Of a DNA stretch of 64,000 bases, positions 27,562 through 38,508 are shown one piece after another. Source of the stretch: Tubulanus polymorphus (lineage: Eukaryota > Animalia > Nemertea); contig NC_134034.1 in assembly GCF_964204645.1 (NCBI RefSeq), positions 992,001-1,056,000 on the forward strand. The letters run 5' to 3'. A model generated the notes under the pieces. The model did no database searches. It was not told the origin of the DNA and saw only the letters and a program-made list of their open reading frames with translations. How positions within the stretch are numbered: the stretch's first letter is position 1; the number at the start of each line of letters is the position of its first letter. Both the position numbers and the translations under genes were made by a program.

Positions 27562-27789
27562 CCGCATAGCCGCCGTATTTCGTTCGTTCAACTGTTCAAT
27601 GTTAGCGATCATTTCGGGCGCGTCCCACGGGCCGTCCATCAGCCCGAACAATCTCATCATGTGCTTCTCGCTGCTGAAGTATCGCCGATGCCACGCCCAT
27701 TCCTGTTCCTCGTTCGCGTGCCAGTCCTCGAATTTCGTTTCGTCCTCCGGGTCGAGTTCCAAGTTCAAACGTTCGATATCCTCGACTAT
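27562..27789 (-). CDS. NDUFA10: NDUFA10 exon 6
   Basis: IVEDIERLNL...PWDAPEMIANIEQLNERNTAAMR; 228 nt; canonical sites. Confidence 0.9.
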
Positions 27790-27980
27790 CTGAAACAACA
27801 TACGAACAACATCGCAATAATTATTGAAACCATTGAGAGAAGAGGAAGGTGCAGGATGGGCAGAGAAAAACAGATCAGCATTTTCCATATGCTGGAAATA
27901 GAAAGGGGCTGCATTCATAGTTCAGCGAATGACATCGTAGCTGCCGAAATAGCAAAACTTTCAATCCCCCAAAAATACAG

Positions 27981-28088
27981 GGTCCAGTTCCACAGTTCTG
28001 AGTTAAGATTTCACCCTGGGTTAAAACATTGAAAATGAATTGGTTTTAACTCAGAGTTAACTCTAACTCGCAACCGTGGAACTGGGTC
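27981..28088. mobile_element. ~110-bp GGTCCAGTTCCACAG MITE family; relatives at ~8036-8140, ~23535-23685, 50670-50850, 51700-52000
   Basis: CCAGTTCCAC...GTGGAACTGG TIRs with CAG/CTG flanks. Confidence 0.7.
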
Positions 28089-28129
28089 CTGAAAATAAGC
28101 TAAATTTTGGTTTTATCTTTTTCACATAA

Positions 28130-28280
28130 GGGATCATTCATTTATTACGTACGCATAAAATTTGAATTTAAATAAATCCCCCTCGCGCCCTGTACGCAAA
28201 ATCGGCCATTTTTGCAATTTCGGCAATTGCACCGACCCCTCCCCCCTCCCCTAATGCGTACGTAATAAATGAATGACCCC
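28130..28280. mobile_element. Harbinger-type MITE in NDUFA10 intron 5
   Basis: About 27-bp TIR GGGATCATTCATTTATTACGTACGCAT; TAA TSD. Confidence 0.82.
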
Positions 28281-28644
28281 TAAGCTCGATATATTTCAAA
28301 GCAATTATCAGCATTGATAGCATATTGTGACATCCACTCTGGTAGGAGCAGCAGATAGTTTGTAAGGGGTTGCTGATTTTTAGAGGGGTGGATGTAAAAT
28401 TGAAAGGGATTGCCAATCCCCTCTAAAACACTGATTAGATTTCAAAATATTTTTAAAATGGAAATATCAAGTGGAAATTTGCCAAGCATTTCCTGATTTC
28501 CGAGCACTGTCGAGCGTTAACACCTGACTTTTGAGTCAAATCAATGAAAAATTGATGCCTTCTTTTCCTATGATTAAATTATACCGAAATTTGATCAAAG
28601 ATTTCAGCTGATTAAAATTGAAAGAGTTCTTAAGTTTAACTTAC

Positions 28645-28699
28645 AACTTCCCAATCTTCCAGATCAGTGGCATCGTAGGTCAACACTTCACCATACCTC
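28645..28699 (-). CDS. NDUFA10: NDUFA10 exon 5
   Basis: RYGEVLTYDATDLEDWEV; 55 nt; restores frame (phase 2-0). Confidence 0.9.
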
Positions 28700-28867
28700 C
28701 TACATAAACAATCAAACAACAGTTACTGACAGCACAACAACAACACATCTGCCTCTACAGATCCCCCTATGACATCATCAAATTGGCTACTATTGATTCG
28801 GTCTATAGACACTTCTAGAAAAGATGTCTACCTCCATAAATCACCCTATGACATCGTCAATTCTTAC

Positions 28868-28956
28868 CTCATTTCTGGCAAGAAGTTGTTCTTGAAACCA
28901 TGTTCTAAACGCGATAGATATTCATCAGTTAGAACCTTTGAGTTCACTTCATCGGG
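28868..28956 (-). CDS. NDUFA10: NDUFA10 exon 4
   Basis: PDEVNSKVLTDEYLSRLEHGFKNNFLPEM; 89 nt. Confidence 0.92.
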
Positions 28957-29469
28957 CTGCAACAAATAAAACATAAACAACTTAAACAGAGTATAGAATC
29001 CAGAGGTCGGTTCACTCAAAACCAGCTGCAGTTGCAGATAAGTTGGTTCAAGATAACCGGTGCATAGTTGATATAGTAACAATTCGAAGTTCATTGTAAC
29101 TATGGTATTTATCCACTGGTTACTAATGAGCACTGCAGCCCCTGTTCGACAGTTCTGACTTCAGTTCTTAAATATTAAAAATTGAACCGTTTGGAAATGA
29201 ACTAATTTGAAAAGTTGAGGCCCAAATTTAACCAATAACTATTGAACTGGATACAAACTGTGAGGACTTATAAATACTATGGATAAAAAGATCCAATTCA
29301 ACGTGTCTCCTGGCCAAAATCAGACTCTAAATGAATTAAAGTCTTCAACTAAAAACATTGAAAGTGAACTAATCTAAGTGCGAACATAACCAAACACTCT
29401 TGATCCTGGATCCAAACAATGAGGACTTCGAAAATAATGGATAAATCGACGAGAATTTGAATGACTTAC

Positions 29470-29591
29470 GTTGTTGCGTTTAGTTATTTGGGCGCGGACG
29501 TGTTCTAACGGAGCGTCGAGATAGATAGTCAGGTGAGGTTTCCATAATTCACAGATAGTGTTCACACGAACTCGATTATAGAAACTTAAAC
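29470..29591 (-). CDS. NDUFA10: NDUFA10 exon 3
   Basis: GLSFYNRVRVNTICELWKPHLTIYLDAPLEHVRAQITKRNN; 122 nt. Confidence 0.93.
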
Positions 29592-29609
29592 CTGCAGTTA
29601 AAACATCAC

Positions 29610-30015
29610 ACAATGACATCATCATTATCATCAAATAACACTTCAGATAATTCTAGAAAAGATGTCTGCCTTCATAAATCCCCCTATGATATCATCAAAT
29701 TGTCTACGTGTGATTTGATCTATTAACACTTCTAGAAAAGATGTCTGCCTTCATAAATCCCCCTATGACATCATCAAATTGTTTCCTACTAGTGATTTGA
29801 TTTATAGACACTTCTAGAAAAGATGTCTGCCTTCATCAATCCCCCTATGACATCATCAAATTACCTACAAGTGATTTGATCTATAGACACTTCTAGAAAA
29901 GATGTCTGCTTTCATCAATCCCCCTATGACATCATCAAATTGTCTACTAGTGATTTGATCTATAGACACTTCTAGAAAAGATGTCTGCCTTCATAAATCC
30001 CCCTATGACATCATG
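29610..30015 (+). repeat. 79-bp satellite filling NDUFA10 intron 2
   Basis: About 5 units occupy nearly all of intron 29592-30023. Confidence 0.9.
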
Positions 30016-30023
30016 ATACGAAC

Positions 30024-30110
30024 CTCTAGGTTTGATATATCCGCATGCTCTCATGGCATCAGCGTAGACACTGTCTCCAAATACCGACCGGTCACAAACC
30101 ACACCTTGAC
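30024..30110 (-). CDS. NDUFA10: NDUFA10 exon 2
   Basis: GQGVVCDRSVFGDSVYADAMRACGYIKPR; 87 nt, phase 1-1. Confidence 0.93.
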
Positions 30111-30159
30111 CTAAAATAACAAAACGTTTAGAAAATCTAAATACAAGCCCAAAATCAGT

Positions 30160-30760
30160 TTAAACCAGTCTTATCTTAAGTCTCACCAGTAGAACTGGAC
30201 CAAAATGAGCTTAGTCCGATCTTATCTTAAGTCTCAACTGTAGAACTGGACCGAAATGAGCTTAGTACGATCTTATCTTTAGTCTCAACTGTAGAACTGG
30301 ACCGAAATGAGCTTAGTCCGATCTTATCTTAAGTCTTAACTGTAGAACTGGACCAAAATTACCTTAGTCCTGTCTTATCTTAAGTCTCAACTGTAGAACT
30401 GGACCAAAATTACGTTAGTCCTGTCTTATCTTAAGTCTCAACTGTAGAACTGGACCAAAATGAGCTTAGTACGATCTTATCTTAAGTCTCAACTGTAGAA
30501 CTGGACCGAAATGAGCTTAGTCCGATCTTATCATAAGTCTCAACAGTAGAACAGGACTAAAATGAGCTTAGTCCGATCTTATCTTAAGTCTCAACTGTAG
30601 AACTGGACCGAAATGAGCTTAGTCCGATCTTATCTTAAGTCTTAACTGTAGAACTGGACCAAAATTACCTTAGTCCTGTCTTATCTTAAGTCTCAACTGT
30701 AGAACTGGACCAAAATTACCTTAGTCCTGTCTTATCTTAAGTCTCAACTGTAGTACTGGA
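30160..30760 (+). repeat. 51-bp minisatellite filling NDUFA10 intron 1; reverse-oriented relatives at 2825-3050 and 4400-4720
   Basis: TTATCTTAAGTCTCAACTGTAGAACTGGACC.AAATGAGCTTAGTCCGATC, about 11.5 units. Confidence 0.9.
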
Positions 30761-30810
30761 TAATAGTTAGTTTTTTTAAAGTCTTATCTGAAATCTGGGT
30801 CATATTTTAC

Positions 30811-31372
30811 CTGTATTTAAAAGATGTTTCAGCGCATTCGTGTATTTTAAGAATCGTGCCAGGTAGAAGTCGAGTTGTAGCCGGCCGGGTACGCCGGACT
30901 GCGGATTGGCGTCGTTATAAAACCGTTTCAAGTCGTAAACGCGCGAGTTTTCGCTGACCATGAAATCCAGATTGCGTTGATCGCTGGCGTGAGCCTCCGA
31001 GCGATAGACGTCGTCGCACGTCGCTTCCGACAAATAGTGAAACCCGAGCTCATTCGCGAGCGATTCCGCGAACGCCGATTTTCCGACCGCGGGCATCCCC
31101 TCGACGACGATGATTTTGCTGTTCTCGTCTAAACGAGCCTCCGTCGAGTCGACGAACGACCACAACAGATTAAACTGACGCTGCTCGTAAGGCCACGGTT
31201 TCGGTTTCGATTTCAGTGAACCCTGATCGGCGTGGCTCAGATGAGACGGTGCGGTTATTTTGGCAGTTTGATTCACGACGACTGGCAGCAGGTTTTTCGA
31301 TCTGACGATGTTTCCTCGCATGCCAGCGGTTGACGCGGCGCCTAAACGAGCCCCTAAAGCGGCTAAAGCCAT
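30811..31372 (-). CDS. NDUFA10: NADH:ubiquinone oxidoreductase subunit A10, exon 1
   Basis: Arg/Ala-rich mitochondrial presequence, RLDENSKIIVVEGMPAVGKS dNK-fold P-loop, ALKHLLNTG; donor at 30810; 562 nt. Confidence 0.95.
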
Positions 31373-31800
31373 CTTGATTTGTCTAATGTCAGTAAAACCG
31401 ATCGAAACGCCTTCAGTTCATCAGATTTACACGGTTTTTTAGGTGAATTCGGGGAAATCTTAGGGAAAAATTGATGACTTTCGCCAGATGGCGCTGCGCG
31501 TATGGACACGGATCCGGACTTTATTTCTTGTCGATAGACGGCGGTGTTAAAGCGGACGCATGGTCGGACGCCAGAAAACAATGCAAACAAAGTTTATTGA
31601 TTAAAGCGGGCCGTGCGAGGACGTATGGATAGTTTTCGCATTAATATCGCGATAAAGTGTATTTTTGTCTAACTGAGAACTGCAAGGATTCGACAAGAAT
31701 TATTTTCGAATTTATGTAGACCTATTAAGTCGACTAAAACCTCTTCTTAATGAATAGTCATTTCTATTCAAATTCCACCAGATGGCGAATACGTCGGCCT
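31373..31800 (-). promoter_or_regulatory. NDUFA10 promoter region with two CTCF-like motifs and a YY1-like motif over the ATG
   Basis: CpG-rich; CGCCAGATGGCGCTG near 31482 and CCACCAGATGGCG near 31775; CAAGATGGC spans the start codon. Confidence 0.45.
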
Positions 31801-32544
31801 CAATGCGATAAGCATGTGTCGTACAGGCGTTTGTGGCATTTGTCACGATGAACCCAGTCGTTGTGCGGTAGGCAGGCTGTGACCGCGTGAGTTATCTCGG
31901 TTAATCTGTCTTTGGAAACCAAAATCAGAACGATGTGAAGCAAAACCGATTCAAAATCGGCTCATAGAAATTAGTGGAAACGTTACCGCTGACTCATTTG
32001 AAAATGGTACGGTAAAATTGATCCTAAGCGAGTTAGTCTGAATCGGCCGAAACGTTTGTAAATCAGAAAATGATTTCGGTTTCTTTCAGTTGTATTTCGA
32101 AGTATCGACTATATCGATAATGGTCATCTTCAGGAATAACGAATAAGGAATTATGTAAATTGAAACGTTACCCTTGAAGATAACTAGGCCTATAAGGATA
32201 TAGTCAGAACTCACTATAGCTAAAGCAAACATTTTTCTTGTGGGATTCTATCGGGTATTTTACAGATAGTTGGGGCCGCGAATGTGGACTATGTTCATGT
32301 ATCTGAGTTATCACTAATTGCAAGCTCATGCTTATAAATAGGTTAAATTAAGGACTCTTCGTTTTAGAGTCCAAAGTTCGACGCGAACGTGGAAAAAGAC
32401 ATTATAATGTTGGGCGGTTGTGATCAATCATTTGTCAAATCGCTATACAATTATCAGATGTTTGTTCATTGAGTGACCTTTGAAGTTTAGATAGTTAAAC
32501 CAGGTCGTTCACGATTGGTAGAACACTATATCCGTGTTGACGCG

Positions 32545-32747
32545 ATGAGGAGAGAATCCCACAATGATAATAAAAGTCCGAAAATGAAACTTCGAGATAG
32601 TAGTTTATTTCAACGTTTCGACTATATCCTAATAGTCCATTATTCCTGAAGATGACTATTAGGATATAGTCGAAACGTTGAAATAAACTACTATCTCGAA
32701 GTTTCATTTTCGGACTTTTTATTATCATTGTGGGATTCTCTCCTCAT
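32545..32747. mobile_element. Penelope-like pseudo-LTR relic in inverted arrangement, carrying a hammerhead motif
   Basis: 93/94-bp arms (32545-32637 and 32654-32747); relatives ending in TGTGGGATT at ~5155-5260, 32100-32250, 35090-35285, 57850-57945. Confidence 0.65.
32643..32682 (+). ncRNA. Minimal type I hammerhead ribozyme motif
   Basis: ttc-CTGAAGA-t-GACTAT-taggat-ATAGTC-GAAA-C-GTT-gaa. Confidence 0.55.
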
Positions 32748-33339
32748 AAACCAAATCGTGTTCGCGCTTAGAGCTGGCGTATAAGTAGTTGTTGCTCTGT
32801 TGTCTGGGAGGACAATTACTTCCTGCCTCCACTATACAGGTGTTTGCGTCGGCTTATGGCGGAGTCAAAGGTTTTGCAAACTGAATTCCGATACACTGGC
32901 AGCAGAGTAGAGAGAAGGTCGCGGAGGTTGAGTGCTTGCGTACGAAACCTCGATTCTCAGAATAGCTCCATGATTAATGGTACGATTGCTAGGGATGTAA
33001 GACGCCGGTTTTAGGATCGTGTGCTGCTGACTGCTGGAAATGCTGCACTGCTTTCCGAAACTAACCTGTACGCAATCGAGTATCTCAGGTCTATGATAGT
33101 TTCCCTTCCTAATTACTTTTTTGTATCTCGGTCATCACGCGGCTGTGGCCAACGGATCCATTTCCCTAACCCCTGCTGACCAGAGTCGAGGAATGTATCA
33201 ACTCCTATTCAATGTCCATTTAGACAACCTACAGTTTGTATCAATTCAGTTCGTCTGTACTTGGATAAGACTGATAAGACTAGTAGATCGATAAGACCCC
33301 ATAAATCGGCGAGCGGTAACTTTCCACAGCACAGTTCCC

Positions 33340-33652
33340 GCGCAGACGCACCAATAGGATTTATCCGAGCACGCGGTGTTCACGTGATGCGCTCGGGCTT
33401 GGCGAAGAGCCAAATGTGCGAATGAGGCCTCGTTGAGATAAGAGCCAATCAGCGCGAATGCTCACGGCTGGTATAAAAGGCGCGCAGATGACGCGCGATC
33501 GGGATTGCAATGAGAGGTAGTGATGGTTTGAAGTACGGCTGGTCGTCTGCTTCGTGTGGTGGAAGAGCGCGCACGATTGAACGTATCGGCGCCGTGTGTA
33601 GTAGCGTCGTGAAGGCGAGGGCGGTTAGAGCAACTTAAATCAAATCGCTACG
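33340..33652 (+). promoter_or_regulatory. TATA/CCAAT promoter and non-coding first exon, probably of the PHD-finger gene
   Basis: CCAAT at 33351 and 33445, CACGTG at 33381, TATAAAA at 33472, CpG-rich, donor CG|GTAGGT at 33652/33653; the large exon has an acceptor at 40973. Confidence 0.6.
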
Positions 33653-34835
33653 GTAGGTTATTTTCAAAACAAATAGCATGTTATCGCTTATTAGTATTCT
33701 AAAATGATTTTCCGTCGCGAGGCCCGCGGTTTTCATGAGCTAAATATCGATAAACTGTAACTTGTGCCGTCGCTGCAAGATATCGTGGCTGCTGGAGAAG
33801 CGATTGTGAAACCAGCTCTCAGCGGGTGCCCGGTTGACTGCAAGATAACGCCTGTGAATATGAATACCGCTGAGAATGTTTTCAAGTACTATGAGGAATA
33901 AGCTGGCTGGAAATAAACCGCTCGCGAAAGAATTTTAAGTAAAATGTTGATATTCCGCGAGAGATATCGTTGTCGTTTTAAATCCACTCGTGTGATGTCG
34001 GTCGCCCGCATGAAAACGGTGCCACAAATTGAAGATTGTTTTATTTTTTTCTCGATGTGAATCGCTAGCTCGGAGATCGATCGGATACTTTCCGAGATTA
34101 GCCGGAAATTTCCGAACACGGCGGCCGTGGGTTTAGTGCGTTTATCAGCGATGAAACGAAACTACGATATGACCTCACATGCCGATACTGACACTGATCC
34201 AGGGTACTCATGCGAAACGGATTATGAAGGGGAGATATGTGGAATTTTGGACTCGGGGACGTGAAAAGCGACGGAAGATCAAAGGGCCCAGTTGACATTT
34301 CTGGCGTGTTCATTCACGATTTTGCACTTAAATTGAAATTGTGATTGTGGATAATGATAAATGTATCGATTATTCACGTGTAGCATCAGCTGCTGATTAT
34401 TGGTAGCAAATTAATCACTGGAATTAGTTTTAGTTTTGGTTTTCGAGATGATGAGGATTGTTCGATTATGGTACGGGAACAAAGACTGCACAGACGCCCA
34501 TAAATAATTCTTAATGGGCGTCATCTCACAGGCTCGATTGTGTGACAGTAAACAGCACACTCGCTTATTTCTAGTTAGTTTGGATCTGGCTTGTTAATTC
34601 GGCTGCAAACACATCCCGAAGATCGTCGTCTTACTGTTTTTAAAGTAAATAATGTTATTTCTTCTGTTATCGGATGCATGACTTCGAATCCCGAACTCGA
34701 TAGAGCCCAATGTCCGACTTGTCTGAGTGGATAAGGGTTTTTTTTACAAAAAGTGGCACAAAAATTGATATTCCCAAAAACATCCGACTCGAGCGGAGTT
34801 TATTGTAATATTATTTCCTTATGATCAAATGTTAA

Positions 34836-35055
34836 GGCTAAACAAAAATGATACCTTGTTTCTCCGCAGCGGCCGGGTCATTTTTGTAAAATATGATAAA
34901 ATTTATAAACAGTTCATTTCTATACCGGCCGGGTCTGTTACGTTAAAATTGATCACGATTTTAAAAAAAGTAATGTATAGGGTAGATAGGCGGCCGGCCG
35001 GGTCAACATTTAAGCTCAGCAGAGCGGAGAAACAAGGTATCAATTTTTTTTAGCC
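34836..35055. mobile_element. Harbinger-type MITE
   Basis: TIR GGCTAAA.AAAA.TGATACCTTGTTTCTCCGC; TAA TSD; a degenerate relative lies at about 37400-37690. Confidence 0.8.
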
Positions 35056-36234
35056 TAACACTGTGAGTCCGTGTTGTATCCCGATATCTATAGAGAATCC
35101 CAACACTGATAAACGAGAAAGATTAAGTCCAAAAAGATTCATTCAAGCTGATGATTTATTGACTCTTTCTTCAACGTATTCTTGTAGATGACTTTAAGGT
35201 TATAGTCGAAACGTCGAATGAATAAATTATTAACTTCAAGGAAACACTTTTTAGCTTAATCTTTATCATGTGTGAGATTTACTATAAATTATCAAATATA
35301 TTGTATTGTGTTATGTAACTATAAGTGTCAAATGGTCATTTGTTTGTTTTTGAATAATACGAAGAAAACAAACATACCCCTCTCCAGGCCAGGTGTTTAC
35401 GGAAGCCCCGAGGGTCCGTAAGAGACAATAAATCCTAAAACAACCAGGTCATCTCTGCACAGGTCAAAGATCACTCGTGCGTTTGTAATCTTCCTCTAAC
35501 CCGGGGCAGGTCGTGTGCTTTACGTAATAACCTAAAGAATGAGCCTTAAATTATTCTAAAACAATACTGTCAGAAAGGGTCGTTACACGTGACTGCTGAT
35601 GTGGTCTTAATCCAGAACAGGCGTGGTGGTCAGTCGTTCGGCGCCATACATTTTATAAACGTTTAGAAACTTTGATTACGGGATTAAGCCGGCGTCCTCT
35701 GTTATAATCCCTCGACATCTGCGCGACGCTCAATCAAGAGTCTATTGTAATAAGATAAAATAACCCACTATCTACAGATTAAAAGCGCTCAAAACCGTAA
35801 ATAGTGGGTTTTTATCTCATTATCCGTTCACCACGTTTGAGTGTGGTTATCGTTCTAGAGTCTGTGGTGGGGTGGAGTATATAGTTAGACAACGTTTAGG
35901 TGACTCGAGTGGTATATTTGATTGACGGCGTGTAAGTGATAGACGTTATTAAACCATTCGGTCTCGCCGAACCCTCATAAACCGATACTCAACACCACTG
36001 AAATACCGGGCGGATATAATTTAAACGATTCTAGGGTATAAACTATACGTAGACCTGTAGAATATAATAAGATCGGGTTTTGAGTCGGGAGACGGCGTGT
36101 AGAATTCGTAGAATGGCGGTCCTCCGTGGAATCGAAGGTCGAGGTAGGTCAGAGTTTATGAGGTCACTCACATCTCGTATATAAACGCGTTCGCGTATTA
36201 TAGAAAACGTGTGAAATTTTATTCTTTGCTCGAA

Positions 36235-36465
36235 CAGGGAAGTGTGATGAGATGGAATACGGACGCTATTGTGCAGCTCTTGTCGAATGTGCGTTGTAAT
36301 TGCCCTAAAGCCGATAACGGTTCGTCGGCGAGCGCTTTGTTACGTAACGCGCCGATAAGCGATAACCAGCGAGATCGGGAATCTCCGTAATAATTCAGTT
36401 GTTTCCGAATATCGGTTTTTCATCCCATAATAAACTTATATAAAAATTCTCATCACACTTCCCTG
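36235..36465. mobile_element. Non-autonomous P-superfamily-like element
   Basis: 18-bp TIR CAGGGAAGTGTGATGAGA; exact 7-bp TSD GCTCGAA. Confidence 0.8.
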
Positions 36466-38430
36466 GCTCGAATCAGTATTAGTTGAGACAAATAGTGCTT
36501 TGAAGGTATTAGTTTTGAGCTTTCGCCTTTAGTACGCCTTTTCGCCTTCATCGTGCCCCCCCCCCCCCCCCGGTATACTATATACTGAGTGAGAATAACT
36601 ATTAGGATAACGGTCAAGAGAACAAATTGCTTGGTTTTCATCGAAGTTTTGAACTGGTTTTTATGGAATTTTTAAACTGTTTTTTATTAAGTTTTGATCT
36701 ATTTTTTATGGAAGTTTTCAACTGGAGTCAGGATTGATAGTAGTTTGTTGTGAAAGGAGGAAACGGATTATTCAGTAATTTCTCGGATAGTTCGCTCATA
36801 AACCCGTTATTTTCACGGCCCGCCGTGAATCAGAGCGCGCGTTCACAGTAACCCATTCCACACTCACTCGATATACCGAAAAATGCCAAACGCAATCGGC
36901 CCGTTCTAAAATTTCGCTCGGGCCTGCTCGGATAGTTTTGATCGGCCCAAACGCACAAGGGTCCATATTTGGCACCGTGTGAACAGTGTGTTGATGTTCC
37001 GAACCAAATTTGAACCAAATTTGGCCCGGACCTAAAAACGATCGTGTGTGACCGTGGCTTATGAGTATGTATATATTATGTGTATTGCAGTAGCGATGTT
37101 GTATATCAGTTGATAATAATTGCTTTTGCTAATGTCACCAGCCCGGTCGTTATCATTTATCACAATCCATAATTTATTCATAATTCATCGTCGTTGTCTG
37201 TTTAAGTTAATTTATTCATGCAGTTTTGTGCGAATAACATTAAATTAACCTAATGAAAAATACGCCTTGTGTTTCACAACGTATCAATCTACCGGTTACT
37301 ATGTTATAATGTAGGTTACAGATTGTTTATCAAAGTACGAACTTGTAGCTATAAAATGTAAACTTGTAGTAGTAGCTCCTGCGGGTCTTTTGGCAAAAAA
37401 ATTGATACAAATTGTTTCCCATTTCTGTGAGCTAAAAAGTTGACCCGGTCGGCCGCCTAGCTAATACCATGTACATGACAAAGCTAACAATAACCCACGA
37501 GCAATTATCTAATTAGATAATTGCTCGTAGCAATTATCTAGTTAGATAACTAGATAACTTATCTAACTAGATAATTGCTCGTAGCAATAAAAGCCTCGCA
37601 GCTATAGAAATGAACTGCAGTTTACAAAATGACCCGGCCTATTGTAAGGCGAACCCGGAAGGTTAAAAAAGGTATCACTTCATATAGCCGTATTTGAAGT
37701 TGTTTTCAAAATAATGTCCTAAATAAGATTAATGATCTAAATTAGATCCCAACAATTAGGACATTATTTAAAAAAAAAAAATAGAAAATTAAAGAAAATC
37801 GAATGCACTGTACATATGACTTATTATAAGTCATATGTAGTCAGATGAATTAGACTAATTCATCGGCCATATTACTATCATAATAAATGTCACGAAATGT
37901 TTGTTGGGATCATGGACGTATAAACTAGTTTATACGTCCATGTTTGGATCTATTCTTTGTGTTACTACTATAGGGCTTAATGGCACTAAACGTGCGGGAC
38001 GACTCATTCACGATATCTGTATAGTAATAGTAATAGACTGATGAAAATTAATGTGCAAATTGCTATAAAGCAATTCAGAGTTATCTATTTGAAATCTCTC
38101 ATCCGTGTTAGATTAATGTTTATGATAAAAACATAAAGCAAAGCGGCTTAAATCTTCTTTGATGAACCGACAAAAGCTGTTGCCCTGAAATACCAAAAAC
38201 TACTACTACATAGTTGACCACCGTTGACATATCGAGAGAAAAATAAAAAATATTTTAAAAACGTAACAAGGGTATTTACAATATATACAAATACAGTGTA
38301 CTATTTACAATTGACAGACTACAGGAGGGATCTATATACATCTAAACCATCTTTTATAAAAAAAATGCGCCCGACTTGGGACCGATACCAGATGTGGTAG
38401 CGTCGAGAAAAAAAAATATTTCGACAAACA

Positions 38431-38508
38431 TCTGAGTTGAATGGTTATCTCTGAGTTGAATGGTTATCTCTGAGTTGAACGGTTATCTCTGAGTTGAACG
38501 GTCATCTC
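38431..38508. repeat. 19-bp tandem repeat, 4 units
   Basis: TCTGAGTTGAA(T/C)GGTTATC. Confidence 0.85.

Noticed and set aside
27523-27918. Standalone 131-aa gene
   Set aside because: It is NDUFA10 exon 6 plus intronic read-through.
29592-30023. Introner-type intron gain by the 79-bp repeat
   Set aside because: Splice sites lie outside the repeat units and the repeat occurs in both orientations, so it more likely invaded existing introns.
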